In this document: positions 48,791 through 60,200 of the stretch, piece after piece
How the letters are laid out: each line of letters opens with the position of its first letter
How positions within the stretch are numbered: position 1 is the first letter of the stretch
Source of the DNA: Malacoraja senta
Lineage: Eukaryota
NCBI GenBank assembly: GCA_038087875.1
Contig: JAXLNO010000292.1
Coordinates: 1-63,803 of the forward strand
Length of the DNA: 63,803 nt
Direction: 5' to 3'
Translations under genes and position numbers: made by a program
Notes under the pieces: generated by a model
Told to the model about the DNA's origin: nothing
What the model saw: the letters and a program-made list of their open reading frames with translations, nothing else
The model's database searches: none

Positions 48791-50033
48791 CCCCCTAGTG
48801 TTGACCCCCTAGGTAGAACAGAAAGTCTCCAACTACCACTCATCTGCAACCTTCCCTCCATTGATGAACTGTACACTGTCGCGTCCCCGCCGGGAAACGA
48901 GCGGGCAAGATCATCTCTGACCCCTCTCACCCTGGCCACAAACTCATTGAATCACTTCCCTCTAGAAGGCGACTCCGGACTGTCAAAGCTGCCACAGCCA
49001 GACATAAAAACTGTTATCAACGAGTAGTTGCTCTACTCAACATTCAAAAATCTGTAGCCTCCCTTTGATCTGGTATTTTGTTGGTTCACATGCTTGATCA
49101 ATGGTGTTTTGTCATTAATGTTTTATTATTACTAATGTTTAGTGTTTTCTGAGTCATTCGTAACTATCACTGTATGTCATGTTGTTACATGTGGGCGGAG
49201 CACCAAGGCAAAGTCCTTGTATGTGAATACTTGGCCAATAAACTTACTTACTTACTTATCTATGCCATGTTGTACGATAAATAATAAATATATTAAACGC
49301 ACATCCTCACCCCAGGTGAGTATTTCACTCTGTGATGAGCTCATAAATTCTAGGAGCAGAATTAGGCCATTTGGCCCATCAAGTCTACTCCACCATTCAA
49401 TCACGGCTGATATATCTTTCCGTCTCAACCCCATTCTCCTGCCTTTTCCCCGTAACCCCCGACACCCGTACTAATCAAAATCTACCAATCTCCGCCTTAA
49501 AAACACCGAATGGCTTGGCAACAAATCCCACAGATTCACCACCCTCTGACTAAAGAAATTCCTCCTCTTCTCCTTTCTAAAGGTATGCCCTTTTATTCTG
49601 AGGCTGTGCCCTCTGGTCCTAGACTCTACCACTAGTGGAAACATTCTCTCCACATCCACTCTATCCAGGCCTTTCACTATTCGGTACGTTTCAATGTATT
49701 TTTTAGACATGTTTTTTTAGACATCCTTCTAAAGTCTCATCCTTCTAAACTCCAGCGAGTACAGGCCCAGTGCCATCAAACACTCATCATATGTTAACCC
49801 ACTAATTCCTGGGATCATTCTTGCAAACTGCCTCTGGACCCTCTCCAGAGCCAGCACATCCTTCCACAGATATCAGGCCCAAAGATTGGCTCTGTTTTCA
49901 TACTTGCCAATCTTTACATAATAATGAAGGCAGAGGAGGCAGGAAGCAATTTTATATTCAAGGTGATATTTTATATTCAAGTTATATTTAAACGCGAGAA
50001 TTAGCTGGGAAAAGAATTAAACACCAAACTTAC

Positions 50034-50094
50034 CCTTTCAATCTTTTCATCCAGCATCTTGAAGAACTCTTGCTGACTGTCTGATGTGTGAATA
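50034..50094 (-). CDS. C1orf21: Penultimate coding exon of a C1orf21 homologue, (x)IHTSDSQQEFFKMLDEKIER
   Basis: 61-nt exon bounded by a polypyrimidine acceptor (ttccttttAG, 50095-50096) and a GTAAGT donor (50028-50033). The translation matches human C1orf21 as I recall it (NMHISESQQEFFRMLDEKIEK). It ends in phase 0 and joins in frame to the exon at 25979. Confidence 0.93.
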
Positions 50095-50220
50095 CTAAAA
50101 GGAATATTAAAAAATAAATGTTCAACACAGTTCAAGGAACTCGCACATAAATATTCCATTTTGTAACCGTGTTTTAATCCCGGTTCAGTATAAGCCTTCT
50201 CTATTAGACTTACAAAAGCC

Positions 50221-50520
50221 GGGCGACACGGTGGCGCAGCGGTAGAGTTGCTGCCTTACAGCGCCAGGGACCTGGGTTCGATCCTGACCACGGGTGCTGT
50301 CTGTACGGAGTTCGCTCATTCTTCCTGTGACCGCGTGGGTTTTCACCAGGTTCTCCGGTTTCCTCCCACGCTCCAAAGGAGTGCAGGTTTGTAGGTTAAT
50401 TGCCCTTCTGTAAATTGTCCCCAGTGTGTAGGATGGAACTAGTGCGTGGGTGATTGTTGGTTGGCATGGACTCGGTGGGCTGGTTGGCCTATTTCCACAT
50501 TGCACCTCCAAACTAAACTT
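50221..50520 (+). mobile_element. HE1/V-SINE-like tRNA-derived SINE (representative of roughly 25 copies or fragments)
   Basis: A box GGTGGCGCAGCGG, B box GGTTCGATCC, V-domain GGGTTTTC..CCGGTTTCCTCCCAC and (CTAAA)n tail. Other copies at e.g. 133-424, 11617-11905, 21850-22170(-), 23528-23810, 26412-26700(-), 33738-34220, 43700-44010(-), 45205-45500(-), 51285-51575(-), 52775-53063 and 56805-57100. Confidence 0.88.
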
Positions 50521-52339
50521 GCGAGTTTGTAGGTTAATTAGACTCATACAACATCCAAACAGGCCCAACTTGCCCATCTGACCAAGATTCCCCATCTACA
50601 CTAATCCCACCTGCCTGCATTTGGCCCATATCCTTCTAAACCTTTTCTATCCATGTACCTGTCCAATTAAATGCTCCCTATTATGTAGGGGTGGATGAGA
50701 AAGTGTGATTACATAGAACTAGAGGTAATGGGTGATCAATGGTCAGTATTGGCTCGATGGGCCGATAGGCTATTTCCATGCTGTTTCTCTAAAGTTGCAA
50801 CTGGGAAAGGCTGCAAAAATTCCTATCGAGGGCTCGTCACTTGGAAAATGTATTTACTCATGCTTGGACACGAAATGTTGAACAAAACATAAGGTTCTGT
50901 CGTTGAACCAGCTCAAGGCTGGCTGCCTTTCCAGATAACAAAGAAAGGTATGAAAATAATTGCCTGTCAAATCACGACGCCTCAATTCTTCATTAAGCAT
51001 TCTACGTTCTGTAAGAAGATTCTAAAAATATCACACCATTAAAACATGGAAGAAAATCCTGACTTAAATCAATGCTCATATGACACACCACTCAAAGTTC
51101 TTTATCAGATATTACCATATCAACTATCAGTATAACCACAACAAATAGCACTTCATGCATTTCAACATGTTACAGGGCAGAGGTCTGGAGATTAGAAGTC
51201 ATGAGTGGATTTATTTTCAATTGTACTATTTGAATGAACAGAGAGGTGTCGCAGGTTCACTGTTAGACCTCACGGTAACTTTTACTTTAGTTTAGTTTAG
51301 AGATACAGCCCTTCGGCCCACCGAGTCCGTGCTGACCAGCGATCCCCGCACATTAACACTATCCTACACGCGCTAGGTACAATGTACACTTACACCAAGC
51401 CAATTTAACCGACAAATCTGTACATCTCTGGACTGCGGTAGGAGCCTGAAGATCTCGGGGAAAACCTACGCGGCCACGAGGAGAGCGTACAAACTCCGTA
51501 CAGACAGCACCCATGGTCAGGATCGAACCCAGGTCTGTGTGACAGCAAATCTACCACTGTGCCACTTTGCCACCGTGATATTTTAAAAATGACTATTTTT
51601 ACTAGTCAGTTACAGCACAAATGTAATCAAAATATGGGATTGATCCCAAATGGACAATAAGCTAGGGAAACTTCGTCCAGTATCTCGTACCTCATTGGCA
51701 GACGGCAGTAAATAGCAAAGTTGCAGATTATAAAACTATTGAATAATTTGTTTTATTTCGGCAAATAACAAGGCCAACTGAAACAAGTTGCGATCTCTGT
51801 ACAATCATTTCGTTTAGTTTAGAAATACAGCAAGGAAACAGGTTCTTCAACCCACCCGTTGACACTAGTTCAACGTCATCCCACTTTCTCATCCACTCCC
51901 TATAAAAGAAGGGCAGTTTGCAGAAGCCAATCAACCTACAAACCCAGGCATCTTTTGGGACGTTGAAGGAAACTGGAGCAAACCCACGCAGTCACAGGGA
52001 GAATGTGCAAACACCACACAGACAGCATCTGAGGTCAGGATCGAACCTTGGTCTCTGACGTGGTGAGGCAGTGACTCTACCAGTTGTGCCACTGTGGTGT
52101 GCAGGGCACTAAATAGACCCCTGCTCTGTGACAAAGAGTGTTGATGGTCAACATTTAAACCCTCTTGACCCCACAGACACATTACATTTGACTCACTATC
52201 AACCTTCACTCATAGAGTTATACAGCATGGAAATAGGCCCTTCAGCCCAACTTGCCCACACCGACTTGCTGGTATTGCATTTGCATAGAGCCTTATCATC
52301 ACTTTGTGGCTTAACCATGGAATATCCTTGCTTCATTTA

Positions 52340-53182
52340 CTGGTTCTTGTCACGGTTCATCCTGAACAGCCCTATAGTAGAGGACTCTGTGATTTACGGA
52401 CTGTTCACAGGGACGCATTCAGAGACGGACATCGAGTGCTGCTGGAAGGTCATCAACTCGGTGAAAGACGCTCTTTGGTCTGCCCGAGCGTTGTTGACCA
52501 CCCAGCGGAGCGAGATGTCCGTCGGGGAATGTTGCCGACTGGCCCGCTGCAGACTGCATGAGTACGTGCTGAAGGACGCACTGAAGCTCGGTGCAGCCAA
52601 CGCCAAGGCTCGGTGGGGGAGGGCCACAGTCTAGGGTCCTTCCGCTGCTGGACATGGGGGGCAGGGTGTGGTGGAGACGCCCCTCAAAATAAGGGAAGGT
52701 ATCCCACGCCAGGGGGCCACATGAGTGGCACGGGTGGTTGGTATAAGAATAGTTAGCGACACAGAGAATGAGAGCGACACAGTTGCACAGTGGTGGAGTT
52801 ACTGCCTTACGGCGCCAGGGACGCAGGCTCCATGCTGACTATGGGTGCTCTCTGTATGGAGTTTTTACATTCTCCCCGTGACCGCGCGGGCCTCCTCCGG
52901 GTTTCCTGCTACATTCCAAAGACGTAGAGGCCTGTAAGTTTATTGGCTTCTGTAAATTATCCCTGGTGTGGGATAGAACTAGTGTACGGGTGACTGCGGT
53001 CGGCGAGGACTCGGTGGGCCGAAGGGCCTGTTTCCACGCGGTATCTCTAAACTAACCTAAACTACCGAAAAAGCTCTAATGAATGTATGGAAAGCAGAGA
53101 ATGCCTGAAGAGATTGGCCACTGTTTTGGGGGGTTATCTATTTTGGTATTTTGAATAAAGTTTATTTTTGAGGGGGAAAAAA
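52340..53182 (+). mobile_element. Tx1/L1-clade LINE 3' fragment interrupted by a SINE
   Basis: C-terminal EDSVIYGLF..CWKVINSVKDALWSAR..EYVLKDALKLG..AKARWG, with AATAAA and an A-tail near 53153-53182. Confidence 0.75.
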
Positions 53183-53297
53183 CAATTGTATCATTGACTC
53201 ATGTGTAAAACATTCACAATAAACATATCAGAATCCTTGCACCAAAGTGCCATGAGATCAAGTGGCTACAGCATGCCCTGAACAAGACGCAATCACC

Positions 53298-53485
53298 TTT
53301 TCTGACATCTCCCTACCGTTTCTAGACCTCACACCAACCATCTACTACAAACCCATTGACGCCCATTGCTATCTGGACTACACTTCTTCCCACCCTGCTT
53401 CCTGTAAGGACTCTATCCCGCTGAGTTTCTCCAGCATTTTAGTCCACCTTTGATTTTTCCAGCATCTGCAGTTCTTTCCTAAACA
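53298..53485 (+). mobile_element. Penelope RT/thumb fragment fused to a pseudo-LTR end
   Basis: SDISLPFLDL..TIYYKPIDAHCYLDYTSSHPASCKDSIP, followed by the ccgctgagtttctccagc...gcatctgcagttc tail. Confidence 0.75.
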
Positions 53486-55717
53486 CCTTTAGATTATTGT
53501 CTGATCCTCAGATAGACACAAAATGCTGGAGCAACTCAGCGGGACAGGCAGCATCACAGGCGTGAAGGAATGGTTGACGTTTTGGGTCGAGACCCTTCTT
53601 CAGACTGAGAGTCAGGAGAAATGAATGAAAGATTTGCAAAAAAATAATGATGATAAAGGAATCCGGCCATTGATAGCCCTTGAGGAGGGTCTCGACCCGA
53701 AACATCGCCTATTCCTTCTCTCCATAGATGCTGCCTCACCCGCTGAGTTCCTCCAGCAGTTTTGTCTACCCACAGGCCATTGGTAGCTGTGTGCTAGGTG
53801 AAAACAAGTTACAGACCCATTGAGTTACTCCAGCTTTTTGTCCATCATTGGTTTAAACCAGCATCTGCCGTTCCTTCCTGCACACATTGTCTGATCATTG
53901 CTGTCTGACTTTTACTTTATTTACATGTGAAAGAAGGGTTAATTAAAAACTAACATACTACAGAGATTATGTAGATACAATACAGATCAAATACAGAATC
54001 ATCTTTTTATCATTTCAAATGTATTGGTGCATTATTAAGCGTCTTTTTTGCAACAACACTCAATTAAAATTCATGAGACTACAGGTAATTGGGCCTTGAC
54101 TCACATAATACTTATGGGCCTGTCCCACTTGCACGACCTAATTCACGACCTTTTTTAGCTTGTGGACATTTTTCATCATGTTGAAAAAACGCCCCGACCT
54201 ACTTGATGCCACGAGTACCTACGACCAGCTGTGCTGGAGTAACTCAGCGGGTCAGGCAGCATCTCTGGAGAACATGGATAGGTGACGTTTCACAGAGTGC
54301 TGGAGTAACTCAGCGGGTCAGGCAGCATCTCTGGAGAACATGGATAGGTGACGATTCACAGAGTGCTGGAGTAACTCGGTGAGTCAGGCAGCATCTCTGG
54401 AGAACATGGATAGGTGACGTTTTGGGTCGAGACTCAGTCTGAAGAAAGGGCTCAACATGAAATGACAGATTTTCTAAGTCTTAAGGAAACCATAGCATTG
54501 CCAAATTCTGAAGAAGGGAACCTGATCCGAAACGTCACCTATCCATGTTCTCTAGAGATGCTGCCTGACCCGCTGAGTTACTCCAGCACTCTGTGAAACG
54601 TCACCTATCCATGTTCTCCAGAGATGCTGCCTGACCCGCTGAGTTACTCCAGCACTTTGTGTCTTTGTTTTGACAGCCAGTACGGGCAGTTCCTTGTTTC
54701 TACTTGCCAAATTCTGGCTCAGGTGCCATTTGGCATCCACAACGACTGCATAGTATCTTCCTCAAAGAAAGCTCCTGACCAAAAAAACACAACAGGTATG
54801 CATCAGAAACAACAAATTAGGAGACCAAAACTGTACACAATACTGCCGATGTGGTCTTACCAGAGCCCTATACAATTTCAGTATAGGAGTAACGAGGTTC
54901 TTCTGCAGTTGTATAGGGCTCTGGTGAGACCACATCTGGAGTATTGCGTACAGTTTTGGTCTCCTAATTTGAGGAAGGACATCCTTGTGATTGAGGCAGT
55001 GCAGCGTAGGTTCACGAGATTGATCCCTGGGATGGCAGGACTGTCATATGAGGAAAGATTGAAAAGACTAGGCTTGTATTCACTGGAGTTTAGATGGATG
55101 AGGGGGGATCTTATAGAAACATATAAAACTATAAAATGACTGGACAAGCTAGATGCAGGAAAAATGTTCCCAATGTTGGGCAAGTCCAGAACCAGGGGCC
55201 ACAGTCTTAGAATAAAGGGGAGGCCATTTAAGACTGAGGTGAGAAAAAACATTTTCACCTAGAGAGTTGTGAATTTGTGGAATTCCCTGCCACAGAGGGC
55301 AGTGGAAGCCAAGTCACTGGATGAGAGTTAGATAGAGCTCTAGGGGCTAGCGGAGTCAAGGGATATGGGGAGAAGGCAGGAACGGGTTATTGATTGGGGA
55401 CGATCAGCCATGATCACAATGAATGGCGGTGCTGGCTCGAAGGGCCAAATGGCCTCCTCCTGCACCTATTTTCTATGTTTCTATCTGGTTGTATGATGCA
55501 CTGAAGTTACTCACATCAGCACCACCTCCAACATCTACAATCGCAATCATCAGATGGTACATAGACAACGTGTACATGCAAACACCACCACTGAACTAAC
55601 TAACTCATGTTTTGTTTTGCAAAAAGTGGTGAACACGGCCCCGTCCATCACGGGTATTGACCCCCCTATCATCCAAGAGATGTACAAGAGTTGCTGCCTC
55701 ATCATCAAATTTGCTGC

Positions 55718-56656
55718 CTCATCAAATTTGCAGATGACACAAAGCTGGGTGGCAGTGTGAACTGTGAGGAGAATGCTATGAGAATGCAGGGTGACTTGGA
55801 CAGGTTGGGGGAGTGGGCAGATGCATGGCAGATGAAGTTTAATGCGGATAAATGTGAGGTTATCCACTTTGGTAGCAAAAACAGGAAGGCAGATTACTAT
55901 CTAAATGGCGTCAAGTTGGGAAAAGGGGAAGTACAACGGGATCTGGGGGTCCTTGTACATCAGTCTATGAAAGTAAGCATGCAGGTACAGCAGGCAGTGA
56001 AGAAAGTGAATGGCATGTTGGCCTTTATAATAAGAGGAATCGAATATAGGAGCAAAGAGGTCCTTCTGCAGTTGTACAGAGCCCTAGTGAGACCACACCT
56101 GGAGTATTGTGTGCAGTTTTGGTCCCCTAATTTAAGGAAGGACATTCTTGCTATTGAGGGAGTGCAGCGTAGGTTTACAAGGTTAATTCCCGGGATGGCG
56201 GGACTGTCATATGCTGAGAGAATGGAGCAGCTGGGCTTGTACACTCTGGAGTTTAGAAGGATGAGAGGATATCTCATTGAAACATATAAGATTGTTAAGG
56301 GCTTGGACACACTAGAGGCAGGAAACATGTTCCCGATGTTGGGGGAGTCCAGAACCAGGGGCCACAGTTTAAGAATAAGGAGTAAGCCATTTAGAACGGA
56401 GACGAGGAAACACTTTTTTTCACAGAGAGTGGTGAGTCTGTGGAATTCTCTGCCTCAGAGAGCGGTGGAGGCAGGTTCTCTGGATGCTTTCAAGAGAGAG
56501 CTAGATAGGGCTCTTAAAACTAGCGGAGTCAGGGGATATGGGGAGAAGGCAGGAACGGGGTACTGATTGTGGATGATCAGCCATGATCACATTGAATGGC
56601 GGTGTTGGCTCGAAGGGCCGAATGGCCTGCTCCTGCACCTATTGTCTATTGTCTAT
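55718..56656 (+). mobile_element. CR1 3' fragment (RT C-terminus, open for ~280 codons)
   Basis: KFADDTKLGG...GYGEKAGTGY with a (CTATTGT)n tail. Other CR1 3' fragments at ~9027-9320(-), 19936-20620(-), 24790-25110(-), 27046-27514(+), 31950-32290(-), 32450-32970(-), 34485-34818(+), 41600-42082(-), 49345-49885(-) and 54877-55485(+). Confidence 0.92.
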
Positions 56657-57201
56657 TGAGACCGCCAGCATCATCAGAGACCCACACCACCCTGGCCACA
56701 CACTCATTTCACCCCTGCCATCAAGAGGAAGATATAGGAGCTTGAAGACTGTAACGTCCAGGTTCAGGTACAGCTTCTTCCCTACAACCATCAGGCTATT
56801 AATCACGGTGGCGCAGTGGTAGAGTTGCTGCCTCACAGCGCCGGAGACCCGTGTTTGATCCCGACTACGGGTGCTGTCTGTACGGAGTTTGTACATTCTC
56901 CCCGTGACCCGCCTGCGTTTTCTCCGAGATCTTCGGTTTCCTCCCACACTCCAAAGACGTACAGGTTTGTAGGTTAATTGGTTTGGTAAATGTAAACATT
57001 GTCCCTAGTGGGTGTTAGTGTGCGGGGATCGCTGGTCGGCACGTAACCGGTGGGCCGAAGGGCCTGTTTCCGCGCTATATCTCTAAACTCTACTAAACTA
57101 CAAAGGTATTTTTGGTGTCTGTTATGGTGTTTACAGAGAACCATGTTCACATATCAGTTGTGCTACTGTAAGTAACATTTTCATCGTTCCGTTTCGGGAC
57201 A

Positions 57202-60200
57202 TCTATCTATCTAGCTATCTTCTATCTATCTATCTATCTATCTATCTATATCTATCTATCTATCTATTATTATATAAAACTCTCTGGCTGTCGTACGTCT
57301 GTACGGCTGTACGTCTGTACGTCCAACGTTCTGCTTGACTTTCCCGCCTTTGATACCGCCCCACGCCCGCGCGGCGCACGGAAACGCCGATATTTTTTAC
57401 CGTTTCTAAAGAGGTTACGTTTATCTTTACGAATAGACGATCCTGATTAAATTTGTTCGTGTTTACGTACGCTTTTTAAAATAAAATACCTCTCCCCCCA
57501 CCCCAAACCAAACATTTCAAAATGTTTAAAAAAACAGCTCAGCCATAGAATGTTTGTAAAGATTCCGTTGTGTGATGTCACAATGCACAATGGTCACAGA
57601 TGTCCAATCGGAATGGATCCATTTACATATGCCTTGGCAGCAGCCCCGGCCCCTCCCCCCCAACCCCCGCAGCATTGGGCATTGTGGCATCACAAAATGG
57701 AACCTTCATTAACATTCTATTGCTGAGAGCTGTTTGTTTAACATTTTGAAATTTCCCCATTCCCTATCGCCCCCACACACGTGGCGACGCCCTGCGACAC
57801 GTGTGACAAATCGAAATGAATCCGTTTACATATGCCTTGGCAGCAGCCCCAGCCCCAGCCCCTCCCCCCCAACCCCACAGCCTGTGTCGAAAGGCGTCGC
57901 CACGTGTGTGGGGGGGATAGGGAATGGGGACATTTCAAAATGTTTAAAAAAACAGCTCTCAGCAATAGAATGTTAATGAAGGTTCCGTTTTGTGATGTCA
58001 CAATGCCCAATGCTCAAAGATATCCAATCGGAATGAATCCGTTTACATATGCCTGCAGCACCAGCCCCAGCCCCTCCCCCCCACCCCCACAGCCTGTGTC
58101 GAAGGGCGTTGTCACGTGTGTGGCAATAGAGAAAGAGGATTGGGGGTGATAGGGAATGGGTAACGGATGGACTGTCCCTACCCCTCATCCCCTCTCTCCA
58201 CCTCTAACATCCCCTCCCCCCCTCCCCCCTTCCTGCCCTCCCCGCTCTCCTCCCACTCCCCACTCTCCTCCCCGTCCCTCTCCCCCCACCCTGCTCTCTT
58301 CTCCCTCACCAATCTCTCCCCTTTCCTCCTCCCCCTCTCGCCTCCCTCCCCTCCCTCCCATCTTCTCTCCCCACCCCGTCTCCCTCTCCCCCCTCCCCCC
58401 TCCCCTCTTCTCTCCCAACCCCGTCGCCACCCTCCACCCTCCCCCACACCTCTCTACCCTTCTCCTCGCCTTACCCACCCCTCTCCTCCCCCTCTCCATC
58501 CCCTTCTCCTCACCCCTCTCCTTCTCATCCCCTCCTCCTCCCACCCCCATTACTCTCTCCCACATCATCCTTCCCTCTCTCACCCCGTCCCCTTCCCCCT
58601 ACCCCGCTATCCCTCTTCAACCACTCCCCCTACACCTCTCCCCCTCCCTCTCTCCCACTTCCACCACTCCCCCTACACCTCTCCATCTCCCTCCCCATTC
58701 TTCCACTTAACTCCCAAACCCATCCCCATCTCCCTCCACAACCCCCTCCCCCACCCCTCTCCCCCCTCCCTTCTCTCACTCCCCACTCTTCCACTCTCCC
58801 TCCCCCACCTCTATCCCTCCCCCCTCCTTCTCTCCCTCTCTTCCCCCTACTCCTCTCCCCTTCCCCTCATCCCCTCTCTCCACCTCTAACATCGCCTCCC
58901 CCCTCTCCCCCCTTCCTGCCCTCCCCGCTCTCCTACCACTCTCCTCCCCCTCCCTCTCCCCCATCCTGCTATCTTCTCCCTCACCAATTTCTCCCCTTTC
59001 CTCCTCCCCCTCTCCCCTCCCTCCCCCTCTCCGCTTCTCTCCCCACCCCGTCTCCCTCTCCCCTCTTCTCTCCCCACCCCGTCTTCCTCTCCACCCTTCC
59101 CCCGCCTGTGTTTGGGGGGTGGTTAGTGTGAGTGTGATGCCGCAACCCCCCCCTCCCGCAAACGTGCGTTGGGAAAACAGCCCGCCAACAGTCTCTCTGT
59201 CTTTAAGACAGAACTGCAGATGCTTGAAAATCAAAGGTACACAAAAAAATGCTTCATAACCTCAGCGGGTGCAGCAGCATCTATGTATCAAAATAAATAG
59301 ACAACGTTTCGTGAAAACCCGTCTGAGGATGGGTTTCCGCCAAAAGCATTGCCTATTTCCTTCACTCCATAGATGCTGCTGCACCCGCAGTGTTTCTCGA
59401 GTTTTATTGTGTGTACCAGTCTATCTGTCTCTCCCCTCTCTCTCTCTCTCTGCCCTTCTCTCTTCACAGCCCGCGACTCAACTCATGCACGCCTGCTCCA
59501 ACCCACCCCCTTCACCTCTCTCCCCATCCTCTTCTTCCTCTCTCCACCCTCTCCTCTCTCACCCTCCTCTCTCCCCACCTTCCTCACCCCCCTTCCTCTC
59601 AACCCTCCTCCTCCCCCACCTCACAATTTTTTTTTCTAACATTAAATTTTCTCTCTCTGCACCACCCCCCCTCGAGACGTACCTGAGAGGTGAGGGCTAT
59701 TCGTCAGTGGATAGGGTGGAGATGGAATAAAAGAAGAAAATTAAAATATTAATATATCAAGGGGTGTGATGAGTGTGTGTGTTTGTGGGTGCCAGATTCA
59801 CACCCCGCAACCCTGCTTTGGAGGTACAGACCCAACGGGTGGTTAGTGTGACGTCACAGCCCCCCGCCCCAAACGCACGTTCGGTGTCCAGACCCAACGG
59901 GTCTGCACTTGGTCTAGTTATTATATAAAACTCTCTGGCTGTCGTACGTCTGTACGGCTGTACGTCTGTACGTCCAACGTTCTGCTTGACTTTCCCGCCT
60001 TTGATACCGCCCCGCGCCCGCGCGGCGCGCGAAACGCCGATATTTTATACCGTTTCTAAAGAGGTTACGTTTATCTTTACGAATAGACGATCCTGATTAA
60101 ATTTGTTCGTGTTTACGTACGCTTTTTAAAATAAAATACCTCTCCCCCCCCCCAAATCAAACATTTCAAAATGTTTAAAAAAACAGCTCAGCCATAGAAT

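Noticed and set aside
55509..55560. GTGAGT donor as a further upstream C1orf21 exon
   Set aside because: The adjoining sequence does not translate to C1orf21-like peptide; earlier exons probably lie beyond the window.
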